Position numbers and translations under genes: made by a program. Below are positions 48,642 to 64,000 of a DNA stretch of 64,000 bases, piece by piece (within the stretch, counting starts at the first letter, position 1; each line of letters opens with the position of its first letter). Below the pieces are notes generated by a model, which ran no database searches, was not told where the DNA came from, and saw only the letters and a list, made by a program, of their open reading frames with translations. This stretch comes from Eledone cirrhosa (taxonomy: Eukaryota): NCBI GenBank assembly GCA_964016885.1, contig OZ024743.1, positions 316,696,001-316,760,000 on the forward strand, given 5' to 3'.

Positions 48642-51600
48642 GCACCATGAACAATTGCACCAATGTTCATCTATATAATGTATGTAAGGGACCATGAACA
48701 ATTACACCAATGTTCATCTATATAATGTATGTAGGGGACCATGAACAATTGCACCAATGCTAATCTATATAATGTATGTAAGGGACCATGAACAATTGCA
48801 CCAATGCTAATCTATACAATGTATGTAAGGGACCATGAACAATTACACCAATGTTAATCTATATAATGTATGTAAGGGACCATGAACAATTGCACCAATG
48901 CTAATCTATATAATGTATGTAAGGGACCATGAACAATTGCACCAATGTTCATCTATATAATGTATGTAAGGGACCATGAACAATTGCACCAATGCTAATC
49001 TATATAATGTATGTAAGGGACCATGAACAATTGCACCAATGTTCATCTATATAATGTATGTAAGGGACCATGAACAATTGCACCAATGTTCATCTATATA
49101 ATGTATGTAAAGGACCATGAACAATTGCACCAATGCTAATCTATATAATGTATGTAAGGGACCATGAACAATTGCACCAATGTTCATCTATATAATGTAT
49201 GTAAGGGACCATGAACAATTGCACCAATGTTCATCTATATAATGTATGTAAGGGACCATGAACAATTGTATCAATGTTCATCTATATAATGTATGTAAGG
49301 GACCATGAACAATTGTATCAATGTTCATCTATATAATGTATGTAAGGGACCATGAACAATTGCACCAATGTTCATCTATATAATGTATGTAAGGGACCAT
49401 GAACAGTTGCACCAATGTTCATCTATATAATGTATGTAAAGGACCATGAACAATTGCACCAATGTTCATCTATATAATGTATGTAAGGGACCATGAACAA
49501 TTGCACCAATGTTCATCTATATAATGTATGTAAGGGACCATGAACAATTGTATCAATGTTCATCTATATAATGTATGTAAGGGACCATGAACAATTGTAT
49601 CAATGTTCATCTATATAATGTATGTAAGGGACCATGAACAATTGTATCAATGTTCATCTATATAATGTATGTAAGGGACCATGAACAATTGAACCAATGC
49701 TAATCTATATAATGTATGTAAGGGACCATGAACAATTGTATCAATGTTCATCTATATAATGTATGTAAGGGACCATGAACAATTGTATCAATGTTCATCT
49801 ATATAATGTATGTAAGGGACCATGAACAATTGAACCAATGCTAATCTATATAATGTATGTAAGGGACCATGAACAATTGTATCAATGTTCATCTATATAA
49901 TGTATGTAAGGGACCATGAACAATTGTATGAATGTTCATCTATATAATGTATGTAAGGGACCATGAACAATTGAACCAATGCTAATCTATATAATGTATG
50001 TAAGGGACCATGAACAATTGTATCAATGTTCATCTATATAATGTATGTAAGGGACCATGAACAATTGCACCAATGTTCATCTATATAATGTATGTAAGGG
50101 ACCATGAACAATTGCACCAATGCTAATCTATATAATGTATGTAAGGGACCATGAACAATTGCACCAATGTTCATCTATATAATGTATGTAAGGGACCATG
50201 AACAATTGCACCAATGTTCATCTATATAATGTATGTAAAGGACCATGAACAATTGCACCAATGCTAATCTATATAATGTATGTAAGGGACCATGAACAAT
50301 TGCACCAATGTTCATCTATATAATGTATGTAAGGGACCATGAACAATTGCACCAATGTTCATCTATATAATGTATGTAAGGGACCATGAACAATTGTATC
50401 AATGTTCATCTATATAATGTATGTAAGGGACCATGAACAATTGTATCAATGTTCATCTATATAATGTATGTAAGGGACCATGAACAATTGTATCAATATT
50501 CATCTATATAATGTATGTAAGGGACCATGAACAATTGTATCAATGTTCATCTATATAATGTATGTAAGGGACCATGAACAATTGAACCAATGCTAATCTA
50601 TATAATGTATGTAAGGGACCATGAACAATTGTATCAATGTTCATCTATATAATGTATGTAAGGGACCATGAACAATTGTATCAATGTTCATCTATATAAT
50701 GTATGTAAGGGACCATGAACAATTGAACCAATGCTAATCTATATAATGTATGTAAGGGACCATGAACAATTGTATCAATGTTCATCTATATAATGTATGT
50801 AAGGGACCATGAACAATTGTATCAATGTTCATCTATATAATGTATGTAAGGGACCATGAACAATTGAACCAATGCTAATCTATATAATGTATGTAAGGGA
50901 CCATGAACAATTGTATCAATGTTCATCTATATAATGTATGTAAGGGACCATGAACAATTGCACCAATGTTCATCTATATAATGTATGTAAGGGACCATGA
51001 ACAATTGTATCAATGTTCATCTATATAATGTATGTAAGGGACCATGAACAATTGTATCAATGTTCATCTATATAATGTATGTAAGGGACCATGAACAATT
51101 GTATCAATGTTCATCTATATAATGTATGTAAGGGACCATGAACAATTGTATCAATGTTCATCTATATAATGTATGTAAGGGACCATGAACAATTGTATCA
51201 ATGTTCATCTATATAATGTATGTAAGGGACCATGAACAATTGTATCAATGTTCATCTATATAATGTATGTAAGGGACCATGAACAATTGTATCAATGTTC
51301 AACTATATAATGTATGTAAGGGACCATGAACAATTGAACCAATGCTAATCTATATAATGTATGTAAGGGACCATGAACAATTGCACCAATGTTCATCTAT
51401 ATAATGTATGTAAGGGACCATGAACAATTGCACCAATGTTCATCTATATAATGTATGTAAAGGACCATGAACAATTGCACCAATGTTCATCTATATAATG
51501 TAAGGGACCATGAACAATTGCACCAATGTTCATCTATATAATGTATGTAAAGGACCATGAACAATTGCACCAATGTTCATCTATATAATGTATGTAAGGG

Positions 51601-54600
51601 ACCATGAACAATTGCACCAATGTTCATCTATATAATGTATGTAAGGGACCATGAACAATTGCACCAATGTTCATCTATATAATGTAAGGGACCATGAACA
51701 ATTGCACCAATGTTCATCTATATAATGTATGTAAGGGACCATGAACAATTACACCAATGCTCATCTATATAATGTATGTAAGGGACCATGAACAATTGCA
51801 TCAATGCTAATCTATACAATGTATGTAAGGGACCATGAACAATTGCACCAATGCTAATCTATATAATGTATGTAAGGGACCATGAACAATTACACCAATG
51901 CTAATCTATATAATGTATGTAAGGGACCATGAACAATTGCACCAGTGCTAATCTATATAATGTATGTAAGGGACCATGAACAATTGCACCAATGCTAATC
52001 TATATAATGTATGTAAGGGACCATGAACAATTGCACCAATGCTAATCTTAATAATGTATGTAAGGGACCATGAACAATTGCACCAATGCTAATCTATATA
52101 ATGTATGTAAGGGACCATGAACAATTACACCAATGCTAATCTATATAATGCATGTAAGGGACCATGAACAATTGCACCAATGCTAATCTATATAATGTAT
52201 GTAAGGGACCATGTACAATTGCACCAATGCTAATCTATATAATGTATGTAAGGGACCATGAACAATTGCACCAATGCTAATCTATATAATGTATGTAAGG
52301 GACCATGAACAATTGCACCAATGCTAATCTTAATAATGTATGTAAGGGACCATGAACAATTGCACCAATGCTAATCTATATAATGTATGTAAGGGACCAT
52401 GAACAATTACACCAATGCTAATCTATATAATGTATGTAAGGGACCATGAACAATTGCACCAATGCTAATCTATATAATGTATGTAAGGGACCATGAACAA
52501 TTGCACCAATGCTAATCTATATAATGTATGTAAGGGACCATGAACAATTGCACCAATGCTAATCTATATAATGTATGTAAGGGACCATGAACAATTGCAC
52601 CAATGCAAATCTTAATAATGTATGTAAGGGACCATGAACAATTGCACCAATGCTAATCTTAATAATGTATGTAAAGGACCATGAACAATTGCAGCAATGT
52701 TCATCTATATAATGTATGTAAGGGACCATGAACAATTGCACCAATGTTCATCTATATAATGTATGTAAAGGACCATGAACAATTGCACCAATGTTCATCT
52801 ATATAATGTATGTAAGGGACCATGAACAATTGCACCAATGTTCATCTATATAATGTATGTAAGGGACCATGAACAATTGCACCAATGTTCATCTATATAA
52901 TGTAAGGGACCATGAACAATTGCACCAATGTTCATCTATATAATGTATGTAAGGGACCATGAACAATTACACCAATGCTCATCTATATAATGTATGTAAG
53001 GGACCATGAACAATTGCATCAATGCTAATCTATACAATGTATGTAAGGGACCATGAACAATTGCACCAATGCTAATCTATATAATGTATGTAAGGGACCA
53101 TGAACAATTGTACCAATGTTCATCTATATAATGTATGTAAGGGACCATGAACAATTGCACCAATGCTAATCTATATAATGTATGTAAGGGACCATGAACA
53201 ATTGCACCAATGCTAATCTATATAATGTATGTAAGGGACCATGAACAATTGCACCAATGCTAATCTTAATAATGTAAGGGACCATGAACAATTGCACCAA
53301 TGCTAATCTATATAATGTATGTAAGGGACCATGAACAATTGCACCAATGTTCATCTATATAATGTATGTAAGGGACCATGAACAATTGCACCAATGCTAA
53401 TCTATATAATGTATGTAAGGGACCATGAACAATTGCACCAATGTTCATCTATATAATGTATGTAAGGGACCTTGAACAATTGCACCAATGTTCATCTATA
53501 TAATGTATGTAAGGGACCATGAACAATTGCACCAATGCTAATCTAAATAATGTATGTAAGGGACCATGAACAATTGCACCAATGTTCATCTATATAGTGT
53601 ATGTAAGGGACCATGAACAATTGCACCAATGCTAATCTATATAATGTATGTAAGGGACCATGAACAATTGCACCAATGTTCATCTATATAATGTATGTAA
53701 GGGACCTTGAACAATTGCACCAATGTTCATCTATATAATGTATGTAAGGGACCATGAACACTTACACCAATGTTCATCTATATAATGTATGTAAGGGACC
53801 ATAAACAATTGCACCAATGCTAATCTTAATAATGTATGTAAGGGACCATGAACAATTGCACCAATGCTAATCTATATAATGTATGTAAGGGACCATGAAC
53901 AATTACACCAATGCTAATCTATATAATGTATGTAAGGGACCATGAACAATTGCACCAATGCTAATCTATATAATGTATGTAAGGGACCATGAACAATTGC
54001 ACCAATGCTAATCTATATAATGTATGTAAGGGACCATGAACAATTGCACCAATGCTAATCTTAATAATGTATGTAAGGGACCATGAACAATTGCACCAAT
54101 GCTAATCTATATAATGTATGTAAGGGACCATGAACAATTGCACCAATGTTCATCTATATAATGTATGTAAGGGACCATGAACAATTGCACCAATGCTAAT
54201 CTATATAATGTATGTAAGGGACCATGAACAATTGCACCAATGTTCATCTATATAATGTATGTAAGGGACCTTGAACAATTGCACCAATGTTCATCTATAT
54301 AATGTATGTAAGGGACCATGAACAATTGCACCAATGCTAATCTATATAATGTATGTAAGGGACCATGAACAATTGCACCAATGCTAATCTTAATAATGTA
54401 TGTAAGGGACCATGAACAATTGCACCAATGCTACTCTATATAATGTATGTAAGGGACCATGAACAATTGCACCAATGTTCATCTATATAATGTATGTAAG
54501 GGACCTTGAACAATTGCACCAATGTTCATCTATATAATGTATGTAAGGGACCATGAACACTTACACCAATGTTCATCTATATAATGTATGTAAGGGACCA

Positions 54601-57600
54601 TGAACAATTGCACCAATGTTCATCTATATAATGTAAGGGACCATGAACAATTGCACCAATGTTCATCTATATAATGTATGTAAGGGACCATTAACAATTG
54701 CACCAATGTTCATGTATATAATGTATGTAAGGGACCATGAACAATTGCACCAATGCTAATCTATATAATGTATGTAAGGGACCATGAACAATTACACCAA
54801 TGTTCATCTATATAATGAATGTAAGGGACCATGAACAGTTGCACCAATCCTAATCTATATAATGTATGTAAGGGACCATGAACAATTGCACCAATGTTCA
54901 TCTATATAATGTATGTAAGGGACCATGAACAATTGCACCAATGTTCATCTATATAATGTATGTAAAGGACCATGAACAATTGCACCAATGTTCATCTATA
55001 TAATGTATGTAAGGGACCATGAACAATTGCACCAATGTTCATCTATATAATGTATGTAAAGGACCATGAACAATTGCACCAATGTTCATCTATATAATGT
55101 ATGTAAGGGACCATGAACAATTGCACCAATGTTCATCTATATAATGTATGTAAGGGACCATGAACAATTGCACCAATGCTAATCTTAATAATGTATGTAA
55201 GGGACCATGAACAATTGCACCAATGTTCATCTATATAATGTATGTAAGGGACCATGAACAATTGCACCAATGCTAATCTATATAATGTATGTAAGGGACC
55301 ATGAACAATTGCACCAATGTTCATCTATATAATGTATGTAAGGGACCTTGAACAATTGCACCAATGTTCATCTATATAATGTATGTAAGGGACCATGAAC
55401 AATTGCACCAATGCTAATCTATATAATGTATGTAAGGGACCATGAACAATTGCACCAATGCTAATCTTAATAATGTATGTAAGGGACCATGAACAATTGC
55501 ACCAATGCTAATCTATATAATGTATGTAAGGGACCATGAACAATTGCACCAATGTTCATCTATATAATGTATGTAAGGGACCATGAACAATTGCATCAAT
55601 GCTAATCTATACAATGTATGTAAGGGACCATGAACAATTGCACCAATGCTAATCTATATAATGTATGTAAGGGACCATGAACAATTACACCAATGCTAAT
55701 CTATATAATGTATGTAAGGGACCATGAACAATTGCACCAATGCTAATCTATATAATGTATGTAAGGGACCATGAACAATTGCACCAATGCTAATCTATAT
55801 AATGTATGTAAGGGACCATGAACAATTGCACCAATGCTAATCTTAATAATGTATGTAAGGGACCATGAACAATTGCACCAATGCTAATCTATATAATGTA
55901 TGTAAGGGACCATGAACAATTACACCAATGCTAATCTATATAATGTATGTAAGGGACCATGAACAATTGCACCAATGCTAATCTATATAATGTATGTAAG
56001 GGACCATGAACAATTGCACCAATGCTAATCTTAATAATGTATGTAAGGGACCATGAACAATTGCACCAATGCTAATCTATATAATGTATGTAAGGGACCA
56101 TGAACAATTGCACCAATGTTCATCTATATAATGTATGTAAGGGACCATGAACAATTGCACCAATGCTAATCTATATAATGTATGTAAGGGACCATGAACA
56201 ATTGCACCAATGTTCATCTATATAATGTATGTAAGGAACCTTGAACAATTGCACCAATGTTCATCTATATAATGTATGTAAGGGACCATGAACAATTGCA
56301 CCAATGCTAATCTATATAATGTATGTAAGGGACCATGAACAATTGCACCGATGCTAATCTTAATAATGTATGTAAGGGACCATGAACAATTGCACCAATG
56401 CTAATCTATATAATGTATGTAAGGGACCATGAACAATTGCACCAATGTTCATCTATATAATGTATGTAAGGGACCATGAACAATTGAACCAATGCTAATC
56501 TATATAATGTATGTAAGGGACCATGAACAATTGTATCAATGTTCATCTATATAATGTATGTAAGGGACCATGAACAATTGCACCAATGTTCATCTATATA
56601 ATGTATGTAAGGGACCATGAACAATTGCACCAATGCTAATCTATATAATGTATGTAAGGGACCATGAACAATTGCACCAATGTTCATCTATATAATGTAT
56701 GTAAGGGACCATGAACAATTGCACCAATGTTCATCTATATAATGTATGTAAAGGACCATGAACAATTGCACCAATGCTAATCTATATAATGTATGTAAGG
56801 GACCATGAACAATTGCACCAATGTTCATCTATATAATGTATGTAAGGGACCATGAACAATTGCACCAATGTTCATCTATATAATGTATGTAAGGGACCAT
56901 GAACAATTGTATCAATGTTCATCTATATAATGTATGTAAGGGACCATGAACAATTGTATCAATGTTCATCTATATAATGTATGTAAGGGACCATGAACAA
57001 TTGCACCAATGTTCATCTATATAATGTATGTAAGGGACCATGAACAGTTGCACCAATGTTCATCTATATAATGTATGTAAAGGACCATGAACAATTGCAC
57101 CAATGTTCATCTATATAATGTATGTAAGGGACCATGAACAATTGCACCAATGTTCATCTATATAATGTATGTAAGGGACCATGAACAATTGTATCAATGT
57201 TCATCTATATAATGTATGTAAGGGACCATGAACAATTGTATCAATGTTCATCTATATAATGTATGTAAGGGACCATGAACAATTGTATCAATGTTCATCT
57301 ATATAATGTATGTAAGGGACCATGAACAATTGAACCAATGCTAATCTATATAATGTATGTAAGGGACCATGAACAATTGTATCAATGTTCATCTATATAA
57401 TGTATGTAAGGGACCATGAACAATTGTATCAATGTTCATCTATATAATGTATGTAAGGGACCATGAACAATTGAACCAATGCTAATCTATATAATGTATG
57501 TAAGGGACCATGAACAATTGTATCAATGTTCATCTATATAATGTATGTAAGGGACCATGAACAATTGTATCAATGTTCATCTATATAATGTATGTAAGGG

Positions 57601-60600
57601 ACCATGAATAATTGAACCAATGCTAATCTATATAATGTATGTAAGGGACCATGAACAATTGTATCAATGTTCATCTATATAATGTATGTAAGGGACCATG
57701 AACAATTGCACCAATGTTCATCTATATAATGTATGTAAGGGACCATGAACAATTGTATCAATGTTCATCTATATAATGTATGTAAGGGACCATGAACAAT
57801 TGTATCAATGTTCATCTATATAATGTATGTAAGGGACCATGAACAATTGTATCAATGTTCATCTATATAATGTATGTAAGGGACCATGAACAATTGCACC
57901 AATGTTCATCTATATAATGTATGTAAGGGACCATGAACAATTGCACCAATGTTCATCTATATAATGTAAGGGACCATGAACAATTGCATCAATGCTAATC
58001 TATACAATGTATGTAAGGGACCATGAACAATTGCACCAATGCTAATCTATATAATGTATGTAAGGGACCATGAACAATTACACCAATGCTAATCTATATA
58101 ATGTATGTAAGGGACCATGAACAATTGCACCAATGCTAATCTATATAATGTATGTAAGGGACCATGAACAATTGCACCAATGCTAATCTATATAATGTAT
58201 GTAAGGGACCATGAACAATTGCACCAATGCTAATCTTAATAATGTATGTAAGGGACCATGAACAATTGCACCAATGCTAATCTATATAATGTATGTAAGG
58301 GACCATGAACAATTACACCAATGCTAATCTATATAATGCATGTAAGGGACCATGAACAATTGCACCAATGCTAATCTATATAATGTATGTAAGGGACCAT
58401 GAACAATTGCACCAATGCTAATCTATATAATGTATGTAAGGGACCATGAACAATTGCACCAATGCTAATCTATATAATGTATGTAAGGGACCATGAACAA
58501 TTGCACCAATGCTAATCTTAATAATGTATGTAAGGGACCATGAACAATTGCACCAATGCTAATCTTAATAATGTATGTAAGGGACCATGAACAATTGCAC
58601 CAATGCTAATCTATATAATGTATGTAAGGGACCATGAACAATTACACCAATGCTAATCTATATAATGTATGTAAGGGACCATGAACAATTGCACCAATGC
58701 TAATCTATATAATGTATGTAAGGGACCATGAACAATTGCACCAATGCTAATCTATATAATGTATGTAAGGGACCATGAACAATTGCACCAATGCTAATCT
58801 ATATAATGTATGTAAGGGACCATGAACAATTGCACCAATGCTAATCTTAATAATGTATGTAAGGGACCATGAATAATTGCACCAATGCTAATCTTAATAA
58901 TGTATGTAAAGGACCATGAACAATTGCACCAATGTTCATCTATATAATGTATGTAAGGGACCATGAACAATTGCACCAATGTTCATCTATATAATGTATG
59001 TAAAGGACCATGAACAATTGCACCAATGTTCATCTATATAATGTATGTAAGGGACCATGAACAATTGCACCAATGTTCATCTATATAATGTATGTAAGGG
59101 ACCATGAACAATTGCACCAATGTTCATCTATATAATGTAAGGGACCATGAACAATTGCACCAATGTTCATCTATATAATGTATGTAAGGGACCATGAACA
59201 ATTACACCAATGCTTATCTATATAATGTATGTAAGGGACCATGAACAATTGCATCAATGCTAATCTATACAATGTATGTAAGGGACCATGAACAATTGCA
59301 CCAATGCTAATCTATATAATGTATGTAAGGGACCATGAACAATTGAACCAATGCTAATCTATATAATGTATGTAAGGGACCATGAACAATTGTATCAATG
59401 TTCATCTATATAATGTATGTAAGGGACCATGAACAATTGCACCAATGTTCATCTATATAATGTATGTAAGGGACCATGAACAATTGTATCAATGTTCATC
59501 TATATAATGTATGTAAGGGACCATGAACAATTGTATCAATGTTCATCTATATAATGTATGTAAGGGACCATGAACAATTGTATCAATGTTCATCTATATA
59601 ATGTATGTAAGGGACCATGAACAATTGTATCAATGTTCATCTATATAATGTATGTAAGGGACCATGAACAATTGTATCAATGTTCATCTATATAATGTAT
59701 GTAAGGGACCATGAACAATTGTATCAATGTTCATCTATATAATGTATGTAAGGGACCATGAACAATTGTATCAATGTTCATATATATAATGTATGTAAGG
59801 GACCATGAACAATTGAACCAATGCTAATCTATATAATGTATGTAAGGGACCATGAACAATTGCACCAATGTTCATCTATATAATGTATGTAAGGGACCAT
59901 GAACAATTGCACCAATGTTCATCTATATAATGTATGTAAAGGACCATGAACAATTGCACCAATGTTCATCTATATAATGTATGTAAGGGACCATGAACAA
60001 TTGCACCAATGTTCATCTATATAATGTATGTAAGGGACCATGAACAATTGCACCAATGTTCATCTATATAATGTAAGGGACCATGAACAATTGCACCAAT
60101 GTTCATCTATATAATGTATGTAAGGGACCATGAACAATTACACCAATGCTCATCTATATAATGTATGTAAGGGACCATGAACAATTGCATCAATGCTAAT
60201 CTATACAATGTATGTAAGGGACCATGAACAATTGCACCAATGCTAATCTATATAATGTATGTAAGGGACCATGAACAATTACACCAATGCTAATCTATAT
60301 AATGTATGTAAGGGACCATGAACAATTGCACCAATGCTAATCTATATAATGTATGTAAGGGACCATGAACAATTGCACCAATGCTAATCTATATAATGTA
60401 TGTAAGGGACCATGAACAATTGCACCAATGCTAATCTTAATAATGTATGTAAGGGACCATGAACAATTGCACCAATGCTAATCTATATAATGTATGTAAG
60501 GGACCATGAACAATTACACCAATGCTAATCTATATAATGCATGTAAGGGACCATGAACAATTGCACCAATGCTAATCTATATAATGTATGTAAGGGACCA

Positions 60601-63600
60601 TGAACAATTGCACCAATGCTAATCTATATAATGTATGTAAGGGACCATGAACAATTGCACCAATGCTAATCTTAATAATGTATGTAAGGGACCATGAACA
60701 ATTGCACCAATGCTAATCTATATAATGTATGTAAGGGACCATGAACAATTACACCAATGCTAATCTATATAATGTATGTAAGGGACCATGAACAATTGCA
60801 CCAATGCTAATCTATATAATGTATGTAAGGGACCATGAACAATTGCACCAATGCTAATCTATATAATGTATGTAAGGGACCATGAACAATTGCACCAATG
60901 CTAATCTATATAATGTATGTAAGGGACCATGAACAATTGCACCAATGCTAATCTTAATAATGTATGTAAGGGACCATGAATAATTGCACCAATGCTAATC
61001 TTAATAATGTATGTAAAGGACCATGAACAATTGCACCAATGTTCATCTATATAATGTATGTAAGGGACCATGAACAATTGCACCAATGTTCATCTATATA
61101 ATGTATGTAAAGGACCATGAACAATTGCACCAATGTTCATCTATATAATGTATGTAAGGGACCATGAACAATTGCACCAATGTTCATCTATATAATGTAT
61201 GTAAGGGACCATGAACAATTGCACCAATGTTCATCTATATAATGTAAGGGACCATGAACAATTGCACCAATGTTCATCTATATAATGTATGTAAGGGACC
61301 ATGAACAATTACACCAATGCTTATCTATATAATGTATGTAAGGGACCATGAACAATTGCATCAATGCTAATCTATACAATGTATGTAAGGGACCATGAAC
61401 AATTGCACCAATGCTAATCTATATAATGTATGTAAGGGACCATGAACAATTGTACCAATGTTCATCTATATAATGTATGTAAGGGACCATGAACAATTGC
61501 ACCAATGCTAATCTATATAATGTATGTAAGGGACCATGAACAATTGCACCAATGCTAATCTATATAATGTATGTAAGGGACCATGAACAATTGCACCAAT
61601 GCTAATCTTAATAATGTAAGGGACAATGAACAATTGCACCAATGCTAATCTATATAATGTATGTAAGGGACCATGAACAATTGCACCAATGTTCATCTAT
61701 ATAATGTATGTAAGGGACCATGAACAATTGCACCAATGCTAATCTATATAATGTATGTAAGGGACCATGAACAATTGCACCAATGTTCATCTATATAATG
61801 TATGTAAGGGACCTTGAACAATTGCACCAATGTTCATCTATATAATGTATGTAAGGGACCATGAACAATTGCACCAATGCTAATCTATATAATGTATGTA
61901 AGGGACCATGAACAATTGCACCAATGTTCATCTATATAATGTATGTAAGGGACCATGAACAATTGCACCAATGCTAATCTATATAATGTATGTAAGGGAC
62001 CATGAACAATTGCACCAATGTTCATCTATATAATGTATGTAAGGGACCTTGAACAATTGCACCAATGTTCATCTATATAACGTATGTAAGGGACCATGAA
62101 CACTTACACCAATGTTCATCTATATAATGTATGTAAGGGACCATAAACAATTGCACCAATGCTAATCTTAATAATGTATGTAAGGGACCATGAACAATTG
62201 CACCAATGCTAATCTATATAATGTATGTAAGGGACCATGAACAATTACACCAATGCTAATCTATATAATGTATGTAAGGGACCATGAACAATTGCACCAA
62301 TGCTAATCTATATAATGTATGTAAGGGACCATGAACAATTGCACCAATGCTAATCTATATAATGTATGTAAGGGACCATGAACAATTGCACCAATGCTAA
62401 TCTTAATAATGTATGTAAGGGACCATGAACAATTGCACCAATGCTAATCTATATAATGTATGTAAGGGACCATGAACAATTGCACCAATGTTCATCTATA
62501 TAATGTATGTAAGGGACCATGAACAATTGCACCAATGCTAATCTATATAATGTATGTAAGGGACCATGAACAATTGCACCAATGTTCATCTATATAATGT
62601 ATGTAAGGGACCATGAACAATTGTATCAATGTTCATCTATATAATGTATGTAAGGGACCATGAACAATTGAACCAATGCTAATCTATATAATGTATGTAA
62701 GGGACCATGAACAATTGTATCAATGTTCATCTATATAATGTATGTAAGGGACCATGAACAATTGTATCAATGTTCATCTATATAATGTATGTAAGGGACC
62801 ATGAACAATTGAACCAATGCTAATCTATATAATGTATGTAAGGGACCATGAACAATTGTATCAATGTTCATCTAAATAATGTATGTAAGGGACCATGAAC
62901 AATTGTATCAATGTTCATCTATATAATGTATGTAAGGGACCATGAACAATTGAACCAATGCTAATCTATATAATGTATGTAAGGGACCATGAACAATTGT
63001 ATCAATGTTCATCTATATAATGTATGTAAGGGACCATGAACAATTGCACCAATGTTCATCTATATAATGTACGTAAGGGACCATGAACAATTGTATCAAT
63101 GTTCATCTATATAATGTATGTAAGGGACCATGAACAATTGTATCAATGTTCATCTATATAATGTATGTAAGGGACCATGAACAATTGTATCAATGTTCAT
63201 CTATATAATGTATGTAAGGGACCATGAACAATTGTATCAATGTTCATCTATATAATGTATGTAAGGGACCATGAACAATTGTATCAATGTTCATCTATAT
63301 AATGTATGTAAGGGACCATGAACAATTGTATCAATGTTCATCTATATAATGTATGTCAGGGACCATGAACAATTGAACCAATGCTAATCTATATAATGTA
63401 TGTAAGGGACCATGAACAATTGCACCAATGTTCATCTATATAATGTATGTAAGGGACCATGAACAATTGCACCAATGTTCATCTATATAATGTATGTAAA
63501 GGACCATGAACAATTGCACCAATGTTCATCTATATAATGTAAGGGACCATGAACAATTGCACCAATGTTCATCTATATAATGTATGTAAAGGACCATGAA

Positions 63601-64000
63601 CAATTGCACCAATGTTCATCTATATAATGTATGTAAGGGACCATGAACAATTGCACCAATGTTCATCTATATAATGTATGTAAGGGACCATGAACAATTG
63701 CACCAATGTTCATCTATATAATGTAAGGGACCATGAACAATTGCACCAATGTTCATCTATATAATGTATGTAAGGGACCATGAACAATTACACCAATGCT
63801 CATCTATATAATGTATGTAAGGGACCATGAACAATTGCATCAATGCTAATCTATACAATGTATGTAAGGGACCATGAACAATTGCACCAATGCTAATCTA
63901 TATAATGTATGTAAGGGACCATGAACAATTACACCAATGCTAATCTATATAATGTATGTAAGGGACCATGAACAATTGCACCAATGCTAATCTATATAAT
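48642..64000. repeat. 47-bp satellite array (>320 copies, runs off window end)
   Basis: Unit GGGACCATGAACAATTGCACCAATG(TTC/CTA)ATCTATATAATGTATGTAA in uninterrupted tandem. Confidence 0.98.

Noticed and set aside
48642-64000. CRISPR-like array (palindromic repeat, regular period)
   Set aside because: There are no unique spacers, the whole 47-bp unit repeats, there are no cas genes, and the context is eukaryotic.

Overview
Eukaryotic, repeat-saturated animal genomic DNA. The SINE families, RTE tails and AT-rich microsatellite background suggest a cephalopod (Octopus-like) genome; this is inference, not proven. No intact host gene, rRNA, tRNA or CRISPR array is recognisable. The window holds a three-level nested insertion: an RTE LINE remnant split by a CRE-like RLE non-LTR element, whose 3' UTR is split by a 4.2-kb Ty3/Gypsy LTR element with a 5-bp TSD and no canonical tRNA PBS. 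It also holds three more CRE-like copies, a decayed Rep/helicase Helitron plus a short non-autonomous partner, and a young Penelope-like element (RT + GIY-YIG) bracketed by ~795-bp inverted pLTR arms and (TA)n. A near full-length Tx1/L1-type LINE sits inside (TC)-rich microsatellite. There are several MITEs and SINEs, a 19-bp satellite (2.4 kb) and a 47-bp satellite (>15 kb) with kb-scale higher-order duplications. The most notable non-coding signal is four clear minimal type I hammerhead ribozymes of two sequence families, all with palindromic stem III and all in (TA)n-embedded Penelope-type termini. I see no firm evidence of a wholly new system; the best leads are these ribozymes and the Gypsy priming region.
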